Virus record (IMG/VR): IMGVR_UViG_3300046616_000314 | Location: 186,001-250,000 of that record | Length of the DNA: 64,000 nucleotides | Direction: 5' to 3' (one strand) | Shown: positions 9,100 through 17,094 of the stretch, one piece after another | Position numbering within the stretch: position 1 is the first letter of the stretch | Layout: each line of letters opens with the position of its first letter | Notes under the pieces: generated by a model | The model's input: the letters and a program-made list of their open reading frames with translations, nothing else | Database searches by the model: none | Told to the model about the DNA's origin: nothing | Program-made: the position numbers and the translations under genes

Positions 9100-9175
9100 G
9101 GTCCTATAGCTCAGCGGTAGAGCAGCTATGCCCTAACATAGCCGGTCCTCGGTTCAATCCCGAGTGGGATCACCA
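9100..9175 (+). tRNA. tRNA with non-canonical 8-nt anticodon loop GCCCTAAC
   Basis: Full cloverleaf, GGTCCTA/TGGGATC + A + CCA; own TTGACT promoter at about 9054. Confidence 0.8.
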
Positions 9176-9200
9176 AAACTTTTATTTAGAGAACAACATC

Positions 9201-9650
9201 ATGGCTGTCACTCACCAAATGGTGCTTAAGCGCATTCAGGCTCTCGCTAAGAGACCGGAGGATATTCGACAATCTCTGGGAATGATGATCGTTACCCCAG
9301 ACGGTGATGGTTTGTATTCCAACGCCACCAAGGCGGTTCCAGTGGAAGTTGTTGTGCGCTACGGTCCCGACATCGAACGCACCGAAACTGGTGAAATCGA
9401 CTTCATGTCGTGCGACCTTCGCATTTATTATCAATCGCAACATTGGGACAACGCCACCGATGGGCGCATGTACACCGATGATGGTGTTGAAACCCAAGTA
9501 AACGATTTCCTCGAAAGTCTGGGTTACGGACGCCCCGTGGGCTGGTCGGAATCGGGAATGCAGGGTGATGACTTCGGTCACTTCGATATCGACTATGAAG
9601 GTATTAGCCTCATCTTCCCAGAAGTGGAACTAGTCAAAACTATTGCTTGA
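9201..9650 (+). CDS. Hypothetical protein
   Basis: ORF with coding bias. Confidence 0.7.
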   Translation: MAVTHQMVLKRIQALAKRPEDIRQSLGMMIVTPDGDGLYSNATKAVPVEVVVRYGPDIERTETGEIDFMSCDLRIYYQSQHWDNATDGRMYTDDGVETQVNDFLESLGYGRPVGWSESGMQGDDFGHFDIDYEGISLIFPEVELVKTIA

Positions 9651-9707
9651 CAGCACGGGGTATTGTGGTATTTCTAGTGTATTCTTTAGTCACATAGGAA
9701 ATACCAC

Positions 9708-10097
9708 ATGCCCCAAGTGACCGTTCTTCACATGACTCGCCCCGCCATCCGCGCTGGTGCTGACATGGTTGGCTATGAGCGCGACGACGCGGCTCGTGCC
9801 GAAAAGGTTCGCGAATTTCTGACGACCAAGGGCTACCAACGGGTCGCCGTCGTGGAAGGTTCGCTGAACGATGCGTGGCGCCTGACCAACAGCGTCGAAG
9901 AAGCGTGGTTCGAAAACCGCGAGAACGTCACTCCCGTCTTTCATGCCGCCCAACACGGTTGCCGCTCGTCCATGGTGGGCGATCTGTTCGTGATCGACGG
10001 CGAAATCAGCATGGTCGCCAGCATGGGCTTCAAGAAGGTCGAAGGCGATTTCGCTGATCTGCTGGCTGCGGTCGATAATCTGCGGGAGCAATTCTAA
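9708..10097 (+). CDS. Hypothetical protein
   Basis: AGGA SD, upstream TTGACA, RSSMVGD motif. Confidence 0.7.
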   Translation: MPQVTVLHMTRPAIRAGADMVGYERDDAARAEKVREFLTTKGYQRVAVVEGSLNDAWRLTNSVEEAWFENRENVTPVFHAAQHGCRSSMVGDLFVIDGEISMVASMGFKKVEGDFADLLAAVDNLREQF

Positions 10098-10384
10098 TGA
10101 AATTCTCCAAGTTCCGTAAGATGGTCGATAGCAGGCGGCGGACCCAAGGGCTGTCTGCTACTTCGACCATGGAAACCATGCGTGGGTCCGATGGTGTACC
10201 CTATGCGTTGCGCCTGACTGTGAGCATGTTCACGGCGCCGTCGTACTGGTTGACCGTGGCGGAAAGCTGTAAGGATTTCGCCAGCTTCCAAATCAACGGT
10301 CACGTTTCGGGGTGGTCTGAACAAGCCGTCGAAACCCAGAAAATTTCCATGGTCATCATTCCCTTACTTCTTACTGAGGATTGA
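10097..10384 (+). CDS. Hypothetical protein
   Basis: TAATG coupling with the previous ORF. Confidence 0.6.
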   Translation: MKFSKFRKMVDSRRRTQGLSATSTMETMRGSDGVPYALRLTVSMFTAPSYWLTVAESCKDFASFQINGHVSGWSEQAVETQKISMVIIPLLLTED

Positions 10385-11415
10385 TGACCGATCTTCTGAA
10401 CAAATTTTGGCTCTTGAGCGAATCAGAGAAACGCTTCAGCGTTTACAAAACTCTGATTCGCAAAGCGCGTCCGTATACCTTGGACGCAGCGGCTACAGAT
10501 TTGATCACCGAACTGGCTTCGGGTCCAACCATCCAAGACAAGGTTCATATCTATCGCAAGCTGGCACGTCTGCCCTTCGAAACAGTATGGATTGAAATTG
10601 ACTTCATGGACCGTTGGCGGGCACGTCAACGTCTTGGGGTAATTCCTCCTGATTTGTCTACTCACGATACCCCTGAACGCCTGGGGTGGCTCTTGCAACG
10701 CGAGGGTGACACTCAATGGCGAGCAACAACGGTCTTCTCGTCGTCAGCCGTAGACGTGTTCGGAACTTCGTTTGTTCTATCAACCGAAGGTCCAGCCAAT
10801 TTTTATTCCCATGCTAGCGATCCGGCGGCGAAACATATCGTCAAGAAAATGAATGCTTTCCAAGCGGGAAGCATCATTTGGGGGTTCGGCGCGACTGCTA
10901 CCGAGGTTGGTCAGTTTGTGATTCCGTCTCAACTATCTGATTGCACGATGGTTGATATCGCGGCGGCTTGGGACAAGTGGTTAGACACTTATCCTGGCAA
11001 CACGTCTGAACGTGAGAAACGCGATCTCATCGAAAAATTTATGATGGAATCGATCAAAGAAACGCAAGGCGATATTCGTTTCTTGATCGCGGCTCTTGCC
11101 TCGCTGAACGAACTTCCGGTCAAGATGTACGACACTCGCCAGAATGGAAGCGTCCGCGTTTCGGGCGGAATCAAGCCTTACATGGTCAATCGGGTCGTAA
11201 GTATCGATCTTCCGAAGACGCGAGTGAACCGGGCTAAGAAAGCCATGAGCCTGCTTCGTCTGGCAGAACGTCATATGCGAGCACATGAAGTGGCTGGCTA
11301 TTGGCGTATGACCCATTACAAGGATGGGCGCAAAGAAATGAAATGGATCAACAACTACGTTCGCGGTGACGCCAGCCTAGGTTGGGTCCATCAGGAACGG
11401 GAAGTTACGGCGTAA
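10381..11415 (+). CDS. Conserved phage protein
   Basis: 344 aa; C-terminal RAHEVAGYWR..WINNYVRGD motif. Confidence 0.7.
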   Translation: MMTDLLNKFWLLSESEKRFSVYKTLIRKARPYTLDAAATDLITELASGPTIQDKVHIYRKLARLPFETVWIEIDFMDRWRARQRLGVIPPDLSTHDTPERLGWLLQREGDTQWRATTVFSSSAVDVFGTSFVLSTEGPANFYSHASDPAAKHIVKKMNAFQAGSIIWGFGATATEVGQFVIPSQLSDCTMVDIAAAWDKWLDTYPGNTSEREKRDLIEKFMMESIKETQGDIRFLIAALASLNELPVKMYDTRQNGSVRVSGGIKPYMVNRVVSIDLPKTRVNRAKKAMSLLRLAERHMRAHEVAGYWRMTHYKDGRKEMKWINNYVRGDASLGWVHQEREVTA

Positions 11416-11418
11416 AAA

Positions 11419-11667
11419 ATGGCGATTATTCATCACCTTCAAATTGAAGGCGAAGGCATTATTCTTCCTGACAATGGAAAAGATTTCAGTCGTTTCCGAG
11501 AAGATGCATTGATCTGGTTTGCGGAGCAACGGATTCCCGTGCCAACTATCATGGCGAACCTCATTGTTCACTTTGGCGCGGCACGTTTTCCACGCACTCA
11601 AAAATGGGTTCTTCATTTCCCATCAGAAGAACATGCAGTAATGTTCAAGCTCAAATGGTCGGCGTAG
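11419..11667 (+). CDS. Small protein, FKL family
   Basis: EEHAVMFKLKWSA. Confidence 0.7.
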   Translation: MAIIHHLQIEGEGIILPDNGKDFSRFREDALIWFAEQRIPVPTIMANLIVHFGAARFPRTQKWVLHFPSEEHAVMFKLKWSA

Positions 11668-12008
11668 AAACACCCGGAAGCGATTAGGCTACCGGGTGTT
11701 CTAATATACTCTACATGGTCTGTACGGGCTTCTGAGCGCGATTAAAGTGGTAGTTTATTCTTCGAAATACATGATGACTTTGAAGATTGAAAACAACACG
11801 GCAGCGATTCCGAACAGACCAGAAAGGATTGCCGAAAGTACGCCGAAACCTTGAAGGAAATCGCCTGTAATTTTTGTTTGCAACTCTTCGGCGTGTTGCG
11901 ACATATATTGACCGACGTTGTATGTATATGACGTTGAGAACATAAACGCGATACACAGTCCAACAAGCCCGAATATCAGTACAAAACTAATTTTTTTATG
12001 GTCGCCCA

Positions 12009-12266
12009 TTACGATAACTCTTCTGAAATTCGCATGACCGCGAGAACGATGCTTCCGATGGCGCACGCGAGCGCGATCAATCCCAAGAAAATAGCCATGA
12101 ACATCATGAAATCGCTGGTAGTGGTATTGACCATGCCACCACGCTTACCGATTTCCATGGCGGTATTACCAACCAGTGCCGTCAGGAATGACGACATGAC
12201 CGTTGCACCGACAAGGGCAAAGATATGCCAAATACGAAGTCTAGATTCCACCAAGAGACCTATCAA
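12009..12266 (-). CDS. Small membrane protein
   Basis: Two hydrophobic helices. Confidence 0.5.
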   Translation of the reverse strand: MIGLLVESRLRIWHIFALVGATVMSSFLTALVGNTAMEIGKRGGMVNTTTSDFMMFMAIFLGLIALACAIGSIVLAVMRISEELS

Positions 12267-12435
12267 TCAAAAACGCTCTCGCGTCGTCCCGTCATTGGGT
12301 TGTAGGACGTTCCTAGAAGCCAAAGAGCGATCCCCAATAGGATACCAAGCCCGGCTCCATAAGGAACGAGGCTAGGACCAGAAATCACCCAAGCGAAGAA
12401 CGCTAGGAGAGCGACGCAACTTCCAACATATTTGA

Positions 12436-12909
12436 TCATTGTGACAATCGCTCCAACTTACGACGAAGACTCGCCAATCCCTCTTCGGGAGTTTTGTACC
12501 AGACAGATTGCCCGCCTGCTGCACGCCAACGCTTAACATTCACGATGAAATCATCAACGAGAATATCACCGGGTTGGATCATGTGTAAAGGCTTATCCTT
12601 AGACAAGCAAGTGATGACTTTGATACTAGGTCCGTAGCGATTGCCTATCCACTTAGGCTTGGAAGCTGCTGCGATATCGTAGCCGGTCACTGGACAACCC
12701 GTAAGGATGATGGGGTTATAGGGCGCAGCAACTTCCATAAGTTCGTCGGCGCCTTCCTTCATCGGGATAGTGATCCAGAAATCAGGAGTCGCATCGACAC
12801 ATTCCCAAAGACGTTTGTCACCTAGCTTACGAGGGGTGTCGCCGAACAGTTCCAAAACGTGTCGGTCGAAATCGGCTAGGACGCCATCTTTGTCGAGAAA
12901 TAATTGCAT
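12436..12909 (-). CDS. HAD family 5'(3')-deoxyribonucleotidase
   Basis: DKDGVLADFD motif I, ILTG, ILVDD motif IV. Confidence 0.85.
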   Translation of the reverse strand: MQLFLDKDGVLADFDRHVLELFGDTPRKLGDKRLWECVDATPDFWITIPMKEGADELMEVAAPYNPIILTGCPVTGYDIAAASKPKWIGNRYGPSIKVITCLSKDKPLHMIQPGDILVDDFIVNVKRWRAAGGQSVWYKTPEEGLASLRRKLERLSQ

Positions 12910-12949
12910 TCCTCATAATAAACGAAATTGATTTCGTTGTCGAGAAATT

Positions 12950-13690
12950 TTACCGGGCGAGGATTTTCAGCATCATGGGGCGCGCGGATTGCTCAATGAA
13001 ACGAGCAAGACGTTTGTTCAGAGCCCGTGTGTTTCGCTCATTTAAATTATCTAAGAATTCATCACCGAACGAGGTTTGCTTAATTACCTTAATCAACTCT
13101 TGGACCGAAGCCTTTGAATATTTTTCCAGACGTTGCCGGGCTATATCGCTATCAAGGTGTTTCGCCAGGGCACTAATCAAGCTTCCAAAATCATGTACGC
13201 CTTCTTGATAGTAAGCGTTGGTTTCGTCGTTGTCGTTAAAATAACCAGCATGGTCGCCGCCATCATACTTTGAAATCGAGCTTTTCAGACGCGGTGCTCT
13301 CAGACTCATAAGATAATGTTGGAACTCGTGGACAAAATCTTTTTCCATGCCCGTTATTCGTGTTTCGATATATTTCAAGCTACTTGGTTCCAATAGAACC
13401 GCGAGCATGATAAGTTTGTTACCTTTACCAAGATAACCGAAGGCAGCGCGAGCTACATGATCGGTTTTACGCGGTGCTAACAGTAACCACAATTTAGGAT
13501 ATTCCAGTCCCATGGCGGTAAATTCAATTCCATAACTACCGCCGTGGAATTGGGATGGATGCATATAGTCTTCAAGGTTGTCTTTGTTCTGAGATATGAA
13601 ATGCTTGATCTGACTGAAAGCCATGGTGGCTTCAAGCCTAGCGGCTTTGTCGGAAGCTTCATCTTCGTTAATAATCTCTGAATAGCGCAT
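12950..13690 (-). CDS. Late internal-head-like protein with HExxH motif
   Basis: MRYSEIINE; HEFQH...ETNAY; ATAAATA 5 nt upstream. Confidence 0.7.
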   Translation of the reverse strand: MRYSEIINEDEASDKAARLEATMAFSQIKHFISQNKDNLEDYMHPSQFHGGSYGIEFTAMGLEYPKLWLLLAPRKTDHVARAAFGYLGKGNKLIMLAVLLEPSSLKYIETRITGMEKDFVHEFQHYLMSLRAPRLKSSISKYDGGDHAGYFNDNDETNAYYQEGVHDFGSLISALAKHLDSDIARQRLEKYSKASVQELIKVIKQTSFGDEFLDNLNERNTRALNKRLARFIEQSARPMMLKILAR

Positions 13691-13979
13691 TACTCTATTT
13701 ATGGATATCCACTACCTCTAGGATGCGTGACATCCTGACCTATTGGCAAAGCTTGAGCACGTGTTACGATACAGTCTCTTAGGGTGTCAGGGAAATAACG
13801 ATGTTCTTTTGTGATACGAGTTTTGTTAAGGCACAATACGAATTACTGAAATTAGACAGTGCTTCGGATATCATTGTTCGGAATTTTGAAGAAAGAATTG
13901 CGAATACTCCAAAGGGTACTGGGAATGTTCAATTCCTGTTGCATCACTTTGAAAACATTAAGGCAAACCTAAATATGGT

Positions 13980-14924
13980 ATGCTGTTAACCGATCTCTTT
14001 GAAGCACCCCTAGCCGACATCAATATGCACGGCGACAATTGGGATGACACCGTTTCAAACGCAAAGCCTTTGCTCTCGGGTAAAGATGTCTATGACAACA
14101 TGACCCAGAATTCTTTCGTGTCTAAGGTAGATAGAGCGCACGCGCGCAATCCCGAAGTTCACGCAAAACTCTACAGCATGTTCGAAAAACATGGGGAGAA
14201 ATTTTATCTGTACTTGGTCAACAGTCCAGAAATGTCATTCTTCCATGACAATCTTGACTGGGGCATCCTGAACCCAACCAAGAATACTGTTGCCTTCTCT
14301 ATGTTCCCAAAAGAAATGCGCCAGCAAGTCATTTCTCGGAATAAAGAGAAAGCCATCCAAGTCATCTTGACGCACAACGAAGGCGGCAAGGAACGTCACC
14401 CGTTGACGCCCTGGACGATCATGCACCGCATAGTCCATGCGTTCTTCGGCGCAAATGCTGACATGGTATCGGCTCCGCGATCCTTGGTCGATCAAGAGGC
14501 TATGAGAACTTGCTTCAATAATTTCTTCGTTAAAGCCAAAGAAGGCTATGAAGGTTTGGGTTATACTGACACCCCCACACGTCACCATTATTTGACGGAC
14601 ATTTGTACGTTCAAATCCGCCAGAGATCGCAACATCCTAGTTACGAGTGGCGGAAACTATATGGAATTGTATGTGGAACTGATGACGCAATACCTATGGC
14701 ACGGTAAGATCATCTTCAAAGAGGCGCCGCCTAGAATTATTCAATTCAATCACGGCTTCCAATATAGCAGCAAGAAACGCCCCGAAGCCAGAGACGTTGA
14801 GACGATCTATAAACTGACGAACCCAGAGGTTATCAACGATTCGATTAGAATCTTGAAAGACAGCCTGGAAAAGTTGTTTGCCGACGCTATCAAGCAAGCT
14901 GAAGGTAAGATTATCGTCTGCTAA
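13980..14924 (+). CDS. Late internal-head-like protein, paralog of 39478..40671
   Basis: MLLTDLFEAPLAD; TPWTIMHRIVHA. Confidence 0.7.
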   Translation: MLLTDLFEAPLADINMHGDNWDDTVSNAKPLLSGKDVYDNMTQNSFVSKVDRAHARNPEVHAKLYSMFEKHGEKFYLYLVNSPEMSFFHDNLDWGILNPTKNTVAFSMFPKEMRQQVISRNKEKAIQVILTHNEGGKERHPLTPWTIMHRIVHAFFGANADMVSAPRSLVDQEAMRTCFNNFFVKAKEGYEGLGYTDTPTRHHYLTDICTFKSARDRNILVTSGGNYMELYVELMTQYLWHGKIIFKEAPPRIIQFNHGFQYSSKKRPEARDVETIYKLTNPEVINDSIRILKDSLEKLFADAIKQAEGKIIVC

Positions 14925-14939
14925 CCCAAATTCTTTTGT

Positions 14940-15029
14940 TGGAGGAAGCGGTGGGATTCGAACCCACGGTAGACTCTCGCCTACGCTGGTTTTCAAGACC
15001 AGAACCTTAAACCACTCGGTCACGCTTCC
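14940..15029 (-). tRNA. tRNA-Ser(TGA)
   Basis: CTGGT-CTTGAAA-ACCAG, long variable arm, CCA. Confidence 0.93.
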
Positions 15030-15044
15030 AACTACAAAAAAATT

Positions 15045-15120
15045 TGGGGCGAGTGACGGGTTTCGAACCCGCGACCACCAGATTCACAATCCGGTGCTCT
15101 ACCACTGAGCTACACCCGCC
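15045..15120 (-). tRNA. tRNA-His(GTG) with encoded G-1 and C73
   Basis: CCGGA-TTGTGAA-TCTGG; G+GCGGGTG/CACTCGC+C+CCA. Confidence 0.95.
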
Positions 15121-15132
15121 ACCGATACTGGC

Positions 15133-15742
15133 TCAATTAAGAGCCAGCATAAGCCGATCCACACCAATTGCCCATCCGTTGCCTTCAGCGTACTTGCCGC
15201 CACCAGCGATTTGCTTTTGGGCTCCTAGTTTGGAGCATTCAACTTCGAACCCGTCAGCTACGTAATATGTGAGACCACGTTTGACAGTTTCATTAAATGT
15301 ACAATCTAGATCGAAAGATTGCAAGCACTTTCGAAGAATATCCACAACTTCTTGCTGATTTCCTTCGCCGAGCAATTCCAATCCGAATTGTGTAAACTCT
15401 CGATAACGACCAGCCTGGGGGCGTTCGTATCGATAGCAGCGAGATACGTAGAAAATACGCTTGGTCTTACAAGTCTTTGACCACGTATCTCGCCACAGTT
15501 CTTGAACTAAACCTGTTACTTCAGGAATTAGACAAACGGGACGATCACCTTTATCGTTGAAAGCCCACATTTGGTTGATGATTTCAGGTCCAGCTTTGTC
15601 AATAAACGTTTGCTGTTCCCAAATAGCCGGAAGAATTACTTCCTCATAGCCAGCTTCAATGAACTGACCCCCGAAGCTTTTCGATGACTTGGGTATACAG
15701 CCGGGCTTCGTCGCCCATCAAAACTCTAGTTCCGCGTAACAT
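15133..15742 (-). CDS. hisS: Minimal histidyl-tRNA synthetase catalytic core (about 202 aa), split by a +1 frameshift
   Basis: LRGTR..GYEEVILP, YRYERPQAGRYREFTQ, RGLTYY, GGGKY, GWAIGVDRL; one extra base in the G5 run at 15668-15672. Confidence 0.85.
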
Positions 15743-15752
15743 ATTATGTTCC

Positions 15753-15920
15753 TTATAGTTTTGCCAGTTGAGCCTTTAGGTCTGCAATTTGGCGCATGGT
15801 TTGGGGAACGTTGATTTCGGCGGTTGCCGAATCTTTCTTTCCCAGAGAGGTTTTGAGAAAATTTTCCAGAGTGTCGATGCGCTCTTGAATCTTTGCTCGT
15901 TTCTTGTCCGTCTTGCTCAT
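15753..15920 (-). CDS. 55-aa coiled-coil protein in the tRNA operon (absent from ORF track)
   Basis: MSKTDKKRAKIQERIDTLE...QLAKL*; ATGA-coupled to the upstream ORF. Confidence 0.7.
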   Translation of the reverse strand: MSKTDKKRAKIQERIDTLENFLKTSLGKKDSATAEINVPQTMRQIADLKAQLAKL

Positions 15921-16147
15921 ACGTCGGTCGCCTTACGATGGCTCACATGGTCACGAGCACGATCTTGGATGACTTCAGAATCCATTTCAGCCTGGAATAC
16001 ATTGGTCACTTTCCAGCCACGGACCCATTCACCATTAGACTTCAGATCGATGACCCGATTGTCGGTGGCAAATTCAGTCGGAATCCAAGTGACTTGGATG
16101 GCGCCTTCGCGCTCAAGACGGCATTGTTTGTGAGTATTCTTTTTCAT
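15917..16147 (-). CDS. Hypothetical protein in the tRNA operon
   Basis: 76-aa ORF directly after tRNA-Cys. Confidence 0.65.
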   Translation of the reverse strand: MKKNTHKQCRLEREGAIQVTWIPTEFATDNRVIDLKSNGEWVRGWKVTNVFQAEMDSEVIQDRARDHVSHRKATDV

Positions 16148-16176
16148 AATATTCTCTCTTTCTTTAGTTCAAAATT

Positions 16177-16262
16177 TGGAGGCGACGGTGGGACTCGCAC
16201 CCACGAAGGAATAATCCACGGGATTTGCAGTCCCGCCCCTTTGCTACTCGGGACACGTCGCC
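16177..16262 (-). tRNA. tRNA-Cys(GCA) with long variable arm
   Basis: CGGGA-CTGCAAA-TCCCG, U73, CCA; T loop TGCGAGT. Confidence 0.88.
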
Positions 16263-16274
16263 CTATGTTTTTTC

Positions 16275-16358
16275 TGGTGGGAGCGGAAGGAATTTGCACC
16301 CTCACAGCCGAAACGGGAGATTTACAGTCTCTTGGGCTCACTCATGCCCAGCACTCCC
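16275..16358 (-). tRNA. tRNA-Tyr(GTA)
   Basis: GAGA-CTGTAAA-TCTC, variable arm, A73, CCA; T loop TGCAAAT. Confidence 0.85.
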
Positions 16359-16377
16359 ACAAGAAAAAACATAGAAC

Positions 16378-16497
16378 TACCAAGTGCTGAATGGGATTCG
16401 AGCCCATGGTTCCCAACTCTAATAACGCCCTACCGCAGGCTTGTTAGGAATCTAGCGGTGTCAACCTTAGACCAACTCAGTCATCAGGCACTTGGTA
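16378..16497 (-). ncRNA. Ser-type tRNA-like RNA without a normal anticodon arm
   Basis: D arm ACTGAGTTGGTCTAAGGT, T arm ATGGG-CTCGAAT-CCCAT, terminal stem TACCAAGTGC/GCACTTGGTA. Confidence 0.65.
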
Positions 16498-16501
16498 ATC
16501 T

Positions 16502-16592
16502 TGGCGGAAACGGAGAGATTCGAACTCTCGGAGGGCTATCCACCCTCGACGCTTTAGCAAAGCGTTGGTTTAAACCACTCACCCACGTTTCC
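16502..16592 (-). tRNA. tRNA-Ser(GCT)
   Basis: ACGCT-TTGCTAA-AGCGT, long variable arm, GCCA. Confidence 0.94.
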
Positions 16593-16611
16593 AAACCATG
16601 GTGTAATAGTT

Positions 16612-16703
16612 TGGCGGACAGGGAGGGATTCGAACCCTCGGAACCTTTTAACGGGTTCGCCACCTTTCCAAGATGGTGTGTTCGACCACTCCACCACCTG
16701 TCC
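16612..16703 (-). tRNA. tRNA-Ser(GGA)
   Basis: CCATC-TTGGAAA-GGTGG, long variable arm, GCCA. Confidence 0.93.
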
Positions 16704-16728
16704 ATTAAACTATTACGAAACTACTTTG

Positions 16729-16815
16729 AGGATGCGATAGGATTCGAACCTATGGTGGACTCTCACCCACTCCCGCTTTCGAGGCAGGCGCTTTAAACCG
16801 CTCAGCCACGCATCC
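16729..16815 (-). tRNA. tRNA-Ser(CGA), CCA not encoded
   Basis: CCTGC-CTCGAAA-GCGGG, long variable arm; flanked by a 13-bp inverted repeat. Confidence 0.9.
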
Positions 16816-16864
16816 TCAAAGTAGTTTCTTCTGCAATTCCTTTCATGGTTAAATTTTAGACAAT

Positions 16865-16892
16865 AAAAAAGCCCCGCTTTTCAGCAGGGCTT
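16865..16892 (-). terminator. Intrinsic terminator (attenuator) upstream of the tRNA operon
   Basis: GCCCTGCT-GAAA-AGCGGGGC followed by T6. Confidence 0.88.
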
Positions 16893-16924
16893 ACATCGGA
16901 CGATTTTGGTTTTAAGAGGACTTT

Positions 16925-17011
16925 TTAGTCCTTGTAACCCTCGCGCGAAGTCCCCTGCCCTGAAAGAGCATGACTGGAATAGCAATACGAGTGTGACGAT
17001 GAAACGAACAT
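16925..17011 (-). CDS. Attenuator leader peptide MFVSSSHSYCYSSHALSGQGTSREGYKD
   Basis: GAAAGG SD-like; codons 4-14 are all Ser/His/Tyr/Cys; sits between promoter and terminator. Confidence 0.85.
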   Translation of the reverse strand: MFVSSSHSYCYSSHALSGQGTSREGYKD

Positions 17012-17063
17012 TACGATCTCAGCCTTTCTTTACATGCGCGGGGAGCGCGTTAAATTGATAACC

Positions 17064-17094
17064 TATTTATACGCGGATGACGATGCAGCGTCAA
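17064..17094 (-). promoter_or_regulatory. Composite sigma70 / T4-late promoter of the tRNA operon
   Basis: TTGACG-17 nt-TATAAA, with the -10 inside TATAAATA. Confidence 0.8.

Noticed and set aside
13701-13989. In-frame TAG upstream of the 62-aa ORF at 13801
   Set aside because: Several frames contain stops and there is no motif; more likely a decayed gene or chance.
14694-16796. ORF-track entries overlapping the tRNA cluster
   Set aside because: They are translations of tRNA sequence.
16850-17060. T-box riboswitch as the explanation for the tRNA operon leader
   Set aside because: No TGGNACC T-box consensus or specifier stem; the translated multi-codon uORF fits better.
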